Source of the DNA: Actinomycetota bacterium
Lineage (GTDB): Bacteria; Actinomycetota; Actinomycetes; S36-B12
Reading direction: 5' to 3'
Assembly (NCBI GenBank): GCA_046091195.1
Contig: JBJTBD010000021.1
Span: forward strand, 3,545-67,544
DNA: 64,000 nt
Each line of letters starts with the position of its first letter. The stretch's first letter is position 1. Position numbers and translations under genes: made by a program. Shown here piece by piece: positions 47,426 to 56,488 of this stretch. The notes below the pieces were generated by a model, which was not told the origin of the DNA, made no database searches, and saw only the letters and a list, made by a program, of their open reading frames with translations.

Positions 47426-47528
47426 GGCCGCGCTTGCCCCTCTGGGGCCTGGTCTCCACCGGAGCACCCCACCGCGGTTGGAGGGTTGCCGCTCAGCTAG
47501 CCGGGGCTTGACGCTGAGGCTCTTGACC
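47426..47528 (-). promoter_or_regulatory. SAM-IV riboswitch aptamer in the metY-metX leader
   Basis: The minus-strand RNA is GGUCAAGAGCCUCAGCGUCAAGCCCCGGCUAGCUGAGCGGCAACCCUCCAACCGCGGUGGGGUGCUCCGGUGGAGACCAGGCCCCAGAGGGGCAAGCGCGGCC. It aligns nearly base-for-base with the SAM-IV sequence I remember (GGUCAUGAGUGCCAGCGUCAAGCCCCGGCUUGCUGGCCGGCAACCCUCCAACCGCGGUGGGGUGCCCCGGGUGAUGACCAGG...GCAAGCGCGG). The differences in the paired segments look compensatory. Confidence 0.85.
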
Positions 47529-47555
47529 TGAATCGACAATACACAGAGCCGGCGC

Positions 47556-48458
47556 TCACGCGCAAACCCGACCCCGCTCGCAATATCCGCACGGGGTGCC
47601 CTGCACCATCGACACCCAGGTGGCAGGTGGCAGCCCGGCCCTCAGGGCGGCCGTCAGGATGTGCCCCAGAGCCTCATCCGGGGCATCCGCCCGTGCCCGC
47701 TCGAGGACGACGGAGGCCCGGTACCCATCTCCCGCCACCCAGAACGCCATCGCCGCGGTGACCGCGATCTGGCCCGTTGCTCGGGGGCCCACCGCCCTCA
47801 GGAGGTCTGTCAGGCGCAGTGCCACTGGGCGCGCCACGGCCGGGTTCGCGCAGACGTGCCACAGAATCCGGTCTCGCACCTCCACCAACTGCAGCGCACG
47901 GACTACCCGCCGGGCATCCGACGACGCGACGGTGGCGATCTCAGGACCCGAGCGGTCGAACAACGCGGAGATGACAGCGTCGGTCTCGGCCTCGTCGAGC
48001 GGCCGGACCCGTCTGATCAGTCGGCCGCCCACGGCCGGTGCCACGGTGAAGTCCTCCCGTCGTGGGGCGTCCCACCGGAGGGCTTTCGGCAGGTCCCGCC
48101 GGCGACCCCAGGGGATCCCCTCCGCCAGCCACGCACCACCGTCCGTTGCGAGGGTTGCGACACGCCCGATTCCTCGCTCATCGCATGCCGCATGGATGGA
48201 CGTCACGGCAGTGGGGTCCGGCAATCTCTCATCGACCCAGATGTCGAGCACCGAGTCCGCGCCGACCCGAGAGGCAACCTGCACCAGCGCGGAACCCCAC
48301 TGTGTCGCATGCGTCGACGGAAGATCAGCGCGCTGCGCAACTGCGACGGCACCGTGCGCAATCCACAGAAGCACGACCGACCGGCGCGGAGCGAATCCGA
48401 GAATCTGCGGGACGGCGGTGACCGCACTCTCCGGTCCCACAATCGAGATGGTGTCCAT
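47556..48458 (-). CDS. DUF4192-family protein
   Basis: 300 aa. The N-terminus AVTAVPQILGFAPRRSVVLLW matches the remembered DUF4192 start (LIAAVPYLLGFxPxxSLVv). The C-terminal Cys pair is PCGYCERGRVC. Confidence 0.7.
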   Translation of the reverse strand: MDTISIVGPESAVTAVPQILGFAPRRSVVLLWIAHGAVAVAQRADLPSTHATQWGSALVQVASRVGADSVLDIWVDERLPDPTAVTSIHAACDERGIGRVATLATDGGAWLAEGIPWGRRRDLPKALRWDAPRREDFTVAPAVGGRLIRRVRPLDEAETDAVISALFDRSGPEIATVASSDARRVVRALQLVEVRDRILWHVCANPAVARPVALRLTDLLRAVGPRATGQIAVTAAMAFWVAGDGYRASVVLERARADAPDEALGHILTAALRAGLPPATWVSMVQGTPCGYCERGRVCA

Positions 48459-48601
48459 GCCGAAAGCATGGGCACACCCGCCCGCCTAAGGCCGACGAAT
48501 GTTGCCGAGTGGGAGACATGCGCACCTGTGGACAGCGCCGAACATACAAGGACCCGGTCGCCGAAGGCTTCCCCTCCCGCGACGACCGGGCTTCGCCGAC
48601 T

Positions 48602-49705
48602 CTAGTGCGCGCCCGCGGTTCCGTCTCCACCGACACGCCCGCCCACGGACGCGAGGACCTGACCCGCCTTCCGGTACCACAGCGCAATCGCGATGATGCC
48701 GATGATGATCTGCGGGATATAGGACGTTGCGCGCCACACGAGGTCCGCTGCCGTGGCATCTCCATTGGATACACCGAAGCTGACCATGAGCGCGATCATC
48801 GCTGCATCAACGGTTCCGAGGCCACCCGGCGTGATCGGAACCATGAGGCCCAACTGACTGATAGCGAATGCTGCGAAAACGACGAGGATCGAAGTCTGTT
48901 TCCCATCCTGTGCCTCCACACCTCGCAACGCGACGTAGAGGATCAGGAATTGAGTGAGGGAGACCGCCAGCTGTGCACCGGTGATCCACGCCCACCGGCT
49001 CTTGAGCAGGCCGTACATATCTCCGCGGAACTTCGTGATGGGCCCAACGAGATCTACCTTCGCAAGGGCCTTGATCCGGCCTCGGAGGGGCGTGATGAGA
49101 GCGTTTCCGAACCGTCCTACCGCCGTCGCCAATTTCTCGGAACGCATGACGAGAACAAACAGAGTCACCGCGGCGATCAGGATCCCCAGCCCAAGCACCG
49201 CCACCGCTGTATGGGACTGGTTCCCCTGACCTGAGATAGCCAGCGCCGCCACTCCGAGGATCGGCAGCCCGAGAGTGACGAATGTGCTCCAGAGACCGAC
49301 CGCCGTGATAGCCGCGGTGGCCGCCGTCGGAGTAATGCGGAACGAGGTCAACATCCCGAATTGCACTGCGAGGCCGACCGCTCCACCACCGGGAATTCCG
49401 TTGCTGATTGCGAACGCCGCTTGATTGGTCTGCTGAGAACGCCAGAACCTCAATCCTGGCGCAGCCGCCATGAATGGCAGGCCGTACGCGAGGAGGTATA
49501 GGACGACACTGACACCGATCAGGATGATCGACACAACACTCATGCCGCGGAGTGCGTTCGCGGCGTCGGAGTAGCTCCCGATCTGCGGGATCACCTTCCA
49601 GAAGATCAGGATGATGAATGCGAGGCCGATGATTCCCAGGATGATCGACTTCTTCTTGTCCAGCGTCGCCGTTGGCGCCTGCACGGGATCTGATGCCTCT
49701 GCCAC
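48602..49705 (-). CDS. lysylphosphatidylglycerol-synthase-TM-region / flippase-like (UPF0104, YbhN-type) membrane protein
   Basis: About 8 TM segments after a short polar N-terminus (LDKKKSIILGIIGLAFIILIFWKVIPQIG). The start was trimmed to GTG 49705 because the track ORF overlaps the divergent VOC gene. Confidence 0.65.
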   Translation of the reverse strand: MAEASDPVQAPTATLDKKKSIILGIIGLAFIILIFWKVIPQIGSYSDAANALRGMSVVSIILIGVSVVLYLLAYGLPFMAAAPGLRFWRSQQTNQAAFAISNGIPGGGAVGLAVQFGMLTSFRITPTAATAAITAVGLWSTFVTLGLPILGVAALAISGQGNQSHTAVAVLGLGILIAAVTLFVLVMRSEKLATAVGRFGNALITPLRGRIKALAKVDLVGPITKFRGDMYGLLKSRWAWITGAQLAVSLTQFLILYVALRGVEAQDGKQTSILVVFAAFAISQLGLMVPITPGGLGTVDAAMIALMVSFGVSNGDATAADLVWRATSYIPQIIIGIIAIALWYRKAGQVLASVGGRVGGDGTAGAH

Positions 49706-49777
49706 ATCGCGAGGATGCCACACACACGATGGGGGGTGCTGCAGAACGGGACAAACCCCTTCGGCAGGATCCTCCCC

Positions 49778-50398
49778 ATGCGTCTGGACCACGTCTCCTA
49801 TGCCTGCTCCGGCAGCGAAATTGCAAACGTGGTCCTGCGGATAGGTTCCGATCTGGGAGTCACGTTCGTGGATGGTGGCCGCCATCCGTCCTTCGGTACC
49901 CGGAACTTCACAGCAGCCCTTGCGTCCGGTTCGTATATCGAGGTGGTCAGCGCCCTGGATCACCCCGCAGCACTCAAGGCACCCTTCGGCCAAGCTGTGC
50001 ACGCACGAGCGGAAGCCGGCGGCGGATGGCTCAGTTGGGTGGTTGCGGTCACGGACATCACCCCGATCCAGACCCACCTGGGACGGATGGCAACGCCCGG
50101 GCGACGCATTCGACCGGATGGTTCGGAGCTGCGGTGGCAGCAAATCGGCGTTCTGGACGTCATCGACAGCCCGGTTCTCCCCTTCTTCGTGGAGTGGCAA
50201 TCACCTGCCGATGATCACCCCTCCTCACGTGGCGGACTCGTATCGATCTCCGCGCTCGTCTTGGCCGGGGATCCCGACGTGCTCGGCACACTTCCCCCGG
50301 GTGTTACCGAACTGGTCGACGTCGAGTGGGTCGAGGATGAGCCGGGGATCACGACGATCTGGTTCGATACGCCCCACGGCCGCGTGAGCATCGACTAG
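49778..50398 (+). CDS. VOC (glyoxalase-like) family protein
   Basis: MRLDHVSYACS... is a typical glyoxalase-like-domain start, and FFVEWQ.. appears in the second half. ATG 49778 lies 9 nt after AGGA. Confidence 0.7.
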   Translation: MRLDHVSYACSGSEIANVVLRIGSDLGVTFVDGGRHPSFGTRNFTAALASGSYIEVVSALDHPAALKAPFGQAVHARAEAGGGWLSWVVAVTDITPIQTHLGRMATPGRRIRPDGSELRWQQIGVLDVIDSPVLPFFVEWQSPADDHPSSRGGLVSISALVLAGDPDVLGTLPPGVTELVDVEWVEDEPGITTIWFDTPHGRVSID

Positions 50399-50426
50399 CC
50401 TCGCCCCACCGCTGAAGAGAGGTTCC

Positions 50427-51524
50427 ATGAGCTCCTCCGACAATGTCCCGCAAACCCTCAGGACCCTGTCCGGGTACACCTGGCGGATCCTGGTACTCCT
50501 CGCGGGTATCGCCGTACTTGTCATCGCGATGGGTCGCATATTCCCCGTGGTCTTCGCGCTTTTCTTTGCCATGCTCGTTACCGCATGGACTCAGCCAGTC
50601 ATGAAGCTCTTCCAGCGATTCCTTCCAAAAATCGTCTCGATGCTCCTCGCGTTGCTCGTCATCATCACGGCGATCGTGACGATTCTCTACATCGTGGTGA
50701 CTTCGACCATCGCGGAAGGACCCAAGTTCGTCAGCAGCCTGCAGTCGGGTTACAAGGAGATCACGACGTGGTTGCAGGAGGGGCCCTTGAAGTTGTCCGA
50801 CACGGCCCTCACCAGCGTCATATCCCAAGCCCAGAACGTCGGGACGAGTGTGGCCAAGGGGTTGCTGGGGGACGCTATGGGCGCGCTCGGGTCCATCGGG
50901 ACACTTGTCATCGCGGGTTCGGTGTTCATCTTCGGGGTGATCTTCTTCCTGCTGACCCCGAAGCAGATCTGGAATTGGTTGATCAGTTGGATGCCCGAGG
51001 GGTTGCAGACTCCGGTGAACACCTCGGGGTATCTGGCCTGGGACTCCATCTCCGGCTACACCCGTGGAATCGTGATCGTTGCCCTTGCCGACGCCACGCT
51101 CGTGTTCATCGGCCTGTCCATCATGCAGGTGCCCCTCGCCCCAGCGCTCGCCGCTGTTGTCTTCCTCGGCGCCTTCATTCCGGTGATCGGTGCGCCCGTG
51201 GCGACCTTCTTCGCCGCCGTCGTCGCATTGGCCGAGCGCGGACCCCTGATCGCCCTGCTCGTGATCGGCCTCACCGTGGTCGTGGGGTCCTTCGATGGCG
51301 ATGTCCTGCAACCCTTGGTCATGGGCAAGGCCGTGAACCTGCATCCCCTCGCGATCGTCTTCGCCATCGCTGCCGGAGGCATCGCGCTCGGGATCGTGGG
51401 CGCCCTCATTGCCGTTCCCATCGCCGGAGCCCTCTATAGCGTCGCGAAGTACCTCACAGGACGCGATCCCGACCACCCCTACCCTGGCCCACCACCGGTC
51501 CTGACCACAACCGCGGGAGCGTAG
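50427..51524 (+). CDS. AI-2E family transporter (PerM-like)
   Basis: 365 aa with about 8 TM segments and the typical distal motif (FLGAFIPVIGAPVATFFAAVVAL...VVGSFDGDVLQPLVMGKAVNLHPLAIVFAI). Confidence 0.85.
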   Translation: MSSSDNVPQTLRTLSGYTWRILVLLAGIAVLVIAMGRIFPVVFALFFAMLVTAWTQPVMKLFQRFLPKIVSMLLALLVIITAIVTILYIVVTSTIAEGPKFVSSLQSGYKEITTWLQEGPLKLSDTALTSVISQAQNVGTSVAKGLLGDAMGALGSIGTLVIAGSVFIFGVIFFLLTPKQIWNWLISWMPEGLQTPVNTSGYLAWDSISGYTRGIVIVALADATLVFIGLSIMQVPLAPALAAVVFLGAFIPVIGAPVATFFAAVVALAERGPLIALLVIGLTVVVGSFDGDVLQPLVMGKAVNLHPLAIVFAIAAGGIALGIVGALIAVPIAGALYSVAKYLTGRDPDHPYPGPPPVLTTTAGA

Positions 51525-52352
51525 ATGTCTGTACCTCGCCTCACCATGAACGACGGACGCACCCTTCCTCAGATCGGTCTCGGGGTCTGGCAGGTCCCCG
51601 ACGACATCGCAAGTGACGCATGTCTCACCGCGCTGGAGTGCGGGTATCGGCACATCGACACCGCTGCCCTGTACTACAACGAGGAGGGCGTCGGACGGGC
51701 CGTCGCGTCCTGTGGCCTCCCTCGCTCCGACCTGTTCCTCACCACCAAGGTGTGGAACACGGATCAGGGATACGACGCCACGATGCGGGCTTTCGATCTC
51801 AGCCTCTCAAAGCTCGGCGTGGACTACGTAGACCTCTATCTGATTCATTGGCCTACACCGGCGCGCGATCTCTACTCCGACACGTGGCGGGCGCTGATCG
51901 ACCTCCGGGACTCAGGTCGCTCCGTCTCGATCGGTGTCTCGAACTTCCACGAGTCGCACATCCGGCGCATCGTCGCCGAGACGGGCGTGGTTCCCGCCAT
52001 CAACCAGGTCGAGTTGCACCCGTGGTTGCCTCAGCGGGCCGTGCGGGCCGTGGACGCGGAGCTCGGAATCCTGACGGAAGCCTGGAGCCCCCTCGGGTCC
52101 GGCCGCCTCATCGATGATCCGACACTCCTCCGCGTGGCCGAGCGCCATGGCGTCACCACAGCGCAGGTGATGATCCGGTGGCAACTGCAGCTGGGGAACG
52201 TCGTCCTGCCCAAGTCCGTGACCCCGGAGCGCATCCGCGCCAACATCGACGTCTTTGGTTTCGAACTCGATGACCAAGACCTTGCCGATATCGACTCGCT
52301 GGCATCGGGCCAGCGGACGGGACCCGACCCGGATCACTTCAACGAAGCGTAG
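51525..52352 (+). CDS. aldo/keto reductase (2,5-diketo-D-gluconate reductase-like)
   Basis: Motifs LNDGRTLPQIGLGVWQ, GYRHIDTAALYYNE, DLYLIHWP, IGVSNF and NQVELHP. The ATG immediately follows the AI-2E TAG. Confidence 0.9.
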   Translation: MSVPRLTMNDGRTLPQIGLGVWQVPDDIASDACLTALECGYRHIDTAALYYNEEGVGRAVASCGLPRSDLFLTTKVWNTDQGYDATMRAFDLSLSKLGVDYVDLYLIHWPTPARDLYSDTWRALIDLRDSGRSVSIGVSNFHESHIRRIVAETGVVPAINQVELHPWLPQRAVRAVDAELGILTEAWSPLGSGRLIDDPTLLRVAERHGVTTAQVMIRWQLQLGNVVLPKSVTPERIRANIDVFGFELDDQDLADIDSLASGQRTGPDPDHFNEA

Positions 52353-52354
52353 GC

Positions 52355-52873
52355 CTACGGTGCGGGCGTCCGCGCGTCGAGGTTCTCCTGGGGAACGAGA
52401 TCGCCCGCGGCTTCGCACTGGGCCTCAATGCGCTGCGATGACTTGTCGATGCGTTCCGTCTGAGCGGCGCTGATGCCTCCCGTGCCTCTCTTGGTGGCCG
52501 CCTTGTTGAGGTTGGTCTGAATGCGCACGGCGTTGTCCAGAGCCCGCTCGGGTAGATCCCCCGCGGCAACAGACGCCTCCATGTCGGTGACCATGCCATC
52601 GGCGAGTGCCCGGTAATCCCGAAGCAGATCCCTCTTCTGCTTACGCGTGAGATCCTCGGTTCCCGAGGCAACCGTGCTCCGAACCAGGTCGAACTCGTAG
52701 TACGCCCCGCACCCGTCGATGAGGATTACCTCCTCTTCTACAACGAGCTCCTCGGTCGGCGCGACAGTGGGCGACGCCGCAACCGTGGGAGTTGCCTCGT
52801 CGGTCCCCGACGAACACGCGCCGAGGGCCAACGTCAGACCAACACCGATGGGCAACAAAAGTCGAATATTCAT
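52355..52873 (-). CDS. hypothetical lipoprotein
   Basis: MNIRLLLPIGVGLTLALGACSSG is a signal peptide with a lipobox (LALGAC). ATG 52873 lies behind GGGGAGG. No family recognised for the mature part. Confidence 0.6.
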   Translation of the reverse strand: MNIRLLLPIGVGLTLALGACSSGTDEATPTVAASPTVAPTEELVVEEEVILIDGCGAYYEFDLVRSTVASGTEDLTRKQKRDLLRDYRALADGMVTDMEASVAAGDLPERALDNAVRIQTNLNKAATKRGTGGISAAQTERIDKSSQRIEAQCEAAGDLVPQENLDARTPAP

Positions 52874-52923
52874 GGGCGGCCTCCCCGCGATTTCCTCCAT
52901 GCTAACCGCCGAATGGCGAAGAA

Positions 52924-52949
52924 GGGGCGCAACGAGACCGGTGCGCCCC
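52924..52949 (-). terminator. intrinsic-terminator-like hairpin after nrdJ
   Basis: On the minus-strand RNA: GGGGCGCA-CCGGUCUCGU-UGCGCCCC. This is an 8-bp perfect GC-rich stem with a 10-nt loop, followed by UUCUUCGCCAUUC. It starts 7 nt after the nrdJ stop. Confidence 0.5.
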
Positions 52950-52956
52950 CTCTTCC

Positions 52957-55743
52957 CTAGCTACAACCGGAGGTGCTTCCACACCCTTCACACACGTAAC
53001 AACTCCCCGCGGGGCGCATCTTGATGCCACACGTCATGCACAGCGGAGCATCCGAGGCCGTGCCCGTAATCTCCTCGAGGAGCTCTGCGCTGGAGTGCGC
53101 CGTGCTGACACGCGGGGACTCGGGTGCCACCTCATCGATCGCCAGGTCCGCCGCGGGTGCGTACGTTGCAGACACCGTCGCGGCCCGTTCGTCGGCCGTG
53201 AAGATGCCGAGCGCCTCCCGCTTCTCGTATGGGAGGTAGTCGAGCGCCAACCGGCGGAAGATGTAATCCATGATCGACTGGGACATCCGGATATCGGGAT
53301 CATCCGTGAGGCCCGCCGGTTCGAACCGCATGTTCACGAACTTGGACACGAACGCCTCCAGGGGCACGCCGTACTGCAGCGCGATACTGACGGCGATCGA
53401 GAAGGCATCCATGACCCCAGCCAGGGTGGAACCCTGCTTACCCAATTTCAGGAACACCTCGCCCAACTGTCCGTCGTCATACGAGCCGGCCGTCAGGTAA
53501 CCCTCGGCACCCGCGACAGCGAACGACGTGGTGCGGGACGGACGTGACTTCGGAAGCCGCCGACGAATCGGTTGACCGGTCGCGAGAGCCTCAGCGACCG
53601 CGTTGACCGTCTCATCGACCTTCTTGGCTTTGGCGTCTGAGAGCGGTTGGCCGACCTTGCAGTTGTCTCGGTAGATCGCGAGCGCCTTGATCCCCAGTTT
53701 CCAGCCTTGGAAGTAGATCTCCTCGACTTCCTCGATCGTCGCGGTCTCTGGCATATTGACCGTCTTCGAGATTGCACCGGAAATAAACGGCTGGACCGCA
53801 GCCATCATCCGCACATGACCCATCGGCGTGATGGCGCGAGCACCCATAGCCGTGTCGAAGACCGGATAGTGCTCCTGCTTCAGTCCGGGAGCATCGATGA
53901 CATGCCCGTTCTCCGCGATGTACTCCACAATGGCTTCGACGGTCTCCTCGGTGTAGCCGAGCCTCCGGAGTGCACGGGGAATTGTTTGATTGACGATCTG
54001 CATCGATCCGCCACCCACGAGCTTCTTGAACTTCACGAGCGAGAAGTCAGGCTCGATCCCCGTGGTGTCACAGTCCATCATGAAACCGATGGTCCCGGTG
54101 GGTGCGAGTACGGACGCCTGGGCATTGCGCCAGCCGTTCTTCTCGCCGAGCGCCACGCAGTCCTGCCAGTTCTTGATGGCCAACGTGAGGACATCCGAGT
54201 CCAGGGGAGAGACGGAACGCACGTTGTCATTCGCAGAGGCGTGCTTGCGCATCACCCGCTTGTGTGCATCGGCGTTGCGGGCGTAGCCGTCGTAGGGACC
54301 AACGATCCCGGCAAGCTCGGCGCTGCGCTTGTAGGCAGTGCCGGTCATGAGAGAGGTGATGGCCGCCGCAAAGGAACGCCCGGCATCCGAGTCGTAGGGG
54401 ATGCCCGTCGCCATCAACAGGGCACCCAGGTTGGCATACCCGATTCCGAGCTGGCGGTAGCGACGTGTGGTGTCCCCGATTGCCTGGGTCGGGAAATCTG
54501 CGAACGAGATCGAGATGTCCATCGCCGTGATGACGAACTCCACGGCCTTCGCAAACCGCTCCGCATCGAAGGTGTCGTCCTCTTTGAGGAACGTCAGCAA
54601 ATTCAGGCTGGCGAGATTGCAACTGGAGTTGTCGAGGCTCATGTACTCAGAGCAGGGATTCGACGCATTGATCCGGCCGGTCTCGGGATTGGTGTGCCAG
54701 TCATTGATGGTGTCGTCGTACTGAATGCCGGGATCCGCGCAGGCCCAGGCCGCCTCGCACATGGTCCGGAACAAGGTCGTGGCATCGAGGGTTTCCACCA
54801 CATGACCATCCGTGCGCGCCGTCAAATTGAAAGTGTCGCCGGCCTCGACCGCACGCATGAACTCATCCGAGACGCGCACCGAGTTGTTTGCATTCTGGTA
54901 CTGGACGGACGTGATGTCCTTGCCACCCAAGTCCATGTCGTAACCGGCGTCGCGTAGGACGCGGATCTTGTCCTCCTCGCGCACCTTCGTCTCGATGAAC
55001 TCCTCGATGTCGGGGTGATTCACGTCGAGGACCACCATCTTCGCGGCGCGTCGAGTAGCGCCACCGGACTTGATCGTCCCAGCGGAGGCATCTGCTCCCC
55101 GCATGAACGACACCGGGCCCGAGGCCGTCCCTCCCGAGGAGCGAAGGAGTTCCCGACTGGAGCGGATCCGCGACAGATTCAAGCCTGCACCTGATCCTCC
55201 CTTGAAGATGATCCCCTCCTCCTTATACCAGTTAAGGATCGACTCCATGGTGTCGTCGACGGACAGGATGAAGCAGGCGCTCACCTGCTGCGGCGCACTG
55301 GTGCCAACGTTGAACCACACCGGTGAGTTGAAGCTGAACACCTGGTGGAGAAGCATGTACGTCAACTCATGCTCGAAAATCTCCGCGTCCTCATCCGAGC
55401 GGAAGTAGCCATTGTCACGACCGGCCTTGACATACGTCAGAACAACCCGGTCGATCAACTGCTTGAGGCTCCACTCGCGCTGTTCGGTGTCGAGGGCGCC
55501 GCGGAAGTACTTGGTGGTCACGATCGTCGACGCGTTGACACTCCAGAAGTCAGGGAACTCCACTCCCTTCTGCTCGAAGACGGTCTCCCCTGTCTTCCAG
55601 TTGGTCTGAACGACATCGCGACGCTCCCACACGACGTCGTCGTAGGGGTGCACCCCCGGTGTCGTGTAGAGCCGTTCGACGACGAGCCCCGGCTTATGCA
55701 GGGTGTTGTGAACGAAGACGGGATTGCTCATCGTCTGTGACAT
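52957..55743 (-). CDS. nrdJ: vitamin B12-dependent ribonucleotide reductase (class II)
   Basis: About 928 aa with TKYFRGA, NSPVWFNVG, the active-site context NPCSEY and a C-terminal Cys-rich tail (CMTCGIKMRPAGSCYVCEGCGSTSGCS). The start was trimmed to ATG 55743 (GGAAGGG SD). Confidence 0.95.
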   Translation of the reverse strand: MSQTMSNPVFVHNTLHKPGLVVERLYTTPGVHPYDDVVWERRDVVQTNWKTGETVFEQKGVEFPDFWSVNASTIVTTKYFRGALDTEQREWSLKQLIDRVVLTYVKAGRDNGYFRSDEDAEIFEHELTYMLLHQVFSFNSPVWFNVGTSAPQQVSACFILSVDDTMESILNWYKEEGIIFKGGSGAGLNLSRIRSSRELLRSSGGTASGPVSFMRGADASAGTIKSGGATRRAAKMVVLDVNHPDIEEFIETKVREEDKIRVLRDAGYDMDLGGKDITSVQYQNANNSVRVSDEFMRAVEAGDTFNLTARTDGHVVETLDATTLFRTMCEAAWACADPGIQYDDTINDWHTNPETGRINASNPCSEYMSLDNSSCNLASLNLLTFLKEDDTFDAERFAKAVEFVITAMDISISFADFPTQAIGDTTRRYRQLGIGYANLGALLMATGIPYDSDAGRSFAAAITSLMTGTAYKRSAELAGIVGPYDGYARNADAHKRVMRKHASANDNVRSVSPLDSDVLTLAIKNWQDCVALGEKNGWRNAQASVLAPTGTIGFMMDCDTTGIEPDFSLVKFKKLVGGGSMQIVNQTIPRALRRLGYTEETVEAIVEYIAENGHVIDAPGLKQEHYPVFDTAMGARAITPMGHVRMMAAVQPFISGAISKTVNMPETATIEEVEEIYFQGWKLGIKALAIYRDNCKVGQPLSDAKAKKVDETVNAVAEALATGQPIRRRLPKSRPSRTTSFAVAGAEGYLTAGSYDDGQLGEVFLKLGKQGSTLAGVMDAFSIAVSIALQYGVPLEAFVSKFVNMRFEPAGLTDDPDIRMSQSIMDYIFRRLALDYLPYEKREALGIFTADERAATVSATYAPAADLAIDEVAPESPRVSTAHSSAELLEEITGTASDAPLCMTCGIKMRPAGSCYVCEGCGSTSGCS

Positions 55744-55780
55744 GTCGTGCCCTTCCGCTGGTGTCGATCGTTTTTCACAC

Positions 55781-56287
55781 TCATGGGGTCGCTCTAGTCT
55801 GCGCCGATGGGCTGACAAGCTCCGGCTCCGTTCCCGTGGGATCACCCTCTGCGCGAAGCAAGGCAATCTCAGCCTCGAAGTCCTCAAGCGAGTCGAAGGA
55901 TCGGTACACGGAGGCGAAGCGCAGGTACGCGACTTCGTCCAGTTCCCTCAGTGGACCGAGAATCGCCAAGCCCACCTCGAGGCTCGGCACCTCCGCATTT
56001 CCCGAGGCACGGACGTTGTCCTCCACCCGCTGCGCTAGGAGGGCCAGGTCGTCCTCGCTCACCGGGCGACCCTGGCACGCCTTGCGGACACCTGCCAGGA
56101 CCTTCGAGCGGGAGAAGGACTCGCTCACCCCGCTGCGCTTGGCGACGGTCAGGGTGGTGGTTTCTGCCGTGGTGAATCGCCGTCCGCAGGACACACACTC
56201 ACGGCGGCGGCGGATCGAGGCTCCCTCTTCCGCAGTGCGCGAATCCACGACACGGGAGTCCTCAGCACGGCAGAACGGACACCGCAT
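55781..56287 (-). CDS. nrdR: transcriptional repressor NrdR
   Basis: [17 protein letters not shown]....[15 protein letters not shown] is the zinc ribbon, followed by an ATP-cone. ATG 56287 lies behind GGGAGGGAAAGCC. The gene sits 37 nt upstream of nrdJ. Confidence 0.95.
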   Translation of the reverse strand: MRCPFCRAEDSRVVDSRTAEEGASIRRRRECVSCGRRFTTAETTTLTVAKRSGVSESFSRSKVLAGVRKACQGRPVSEDDLALLAQRVEDNVRASGNAEVPSLEVGLAILGPLRELDEVAYLRFASVYRSFDSLEDFEAEIALLRAEGDPTGTEPELVSPSAQTRATP

Positions 56288-56383
56288 GGCTTTCCCTCCC
56301 GTCACTCGGGTCACATCAGTTGCGTTGTTCCCACGCGTTCTTGGGGATTGGGGAGATCCTGTGGAACACCTGTGGACGAGTCA

Positions 56384-56399
56384 CCACAACCTATTGAGG
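56384..56399. promoter_or_regulatory. putative NrdR box (proximal)
   Basis: CCACAACCTATTGAGG compared with the remembered NrdR-box consensus acaCwAtATaTwGtgt. It conserves C4, A6, T9, T11 and G13. It lies 97 nt upstream of the nrdR ATG. Confidence 0.5.
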
Positions 56400-56415
56400 T
56401 TACCTCAGGTTGCAG

Positions 56416-56431
56416 CCACTACATCTTGGGG
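56416..56431. promoter_or_regulatory. putative NrdR box (distal)
   Basis: CCACTACATCTTGGGG is a better match to the consensus. Its start is 32 bp from the proximal box (16-bp spacer), which is the tandem spacing described for NrdR operators. Confidence 0.55.
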
Positions 56432-56488
56432 TCCGCAGACTATTCCCGCACGAGCCCCCCATGCAAGTAGGGAACGCGGCGTGTCGCA

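Noticed and set aside
48459-48601. A possible terminator hairpin (CCGGTCG...CGACCGG) downstream of the flippase-like gene
   Set aside because: The stem is only 7-8 bp, the loop is long (about 22 nt) and internally structured, and there is no U-tract. The region must also hold the DUF4192 promoter, so the evidence is too weak to annotate.
53312-53335. SOS-box-like sequence TTCGAACCGCATGTTCACGAAC inside nrdJ
   Set aside because: The spacing and the right half-site do not fit the consensus. It lies deep in a coding region, so it is probably a chance match.
55744-55780. A cobalamin riboswitch or extra NrdR box between nrdR and nrdJ
   Set aside because: The gap is only 37 nt, far too short for a B12 aptamer, and I saw no palindromic NrdR-like 16-mer in it.
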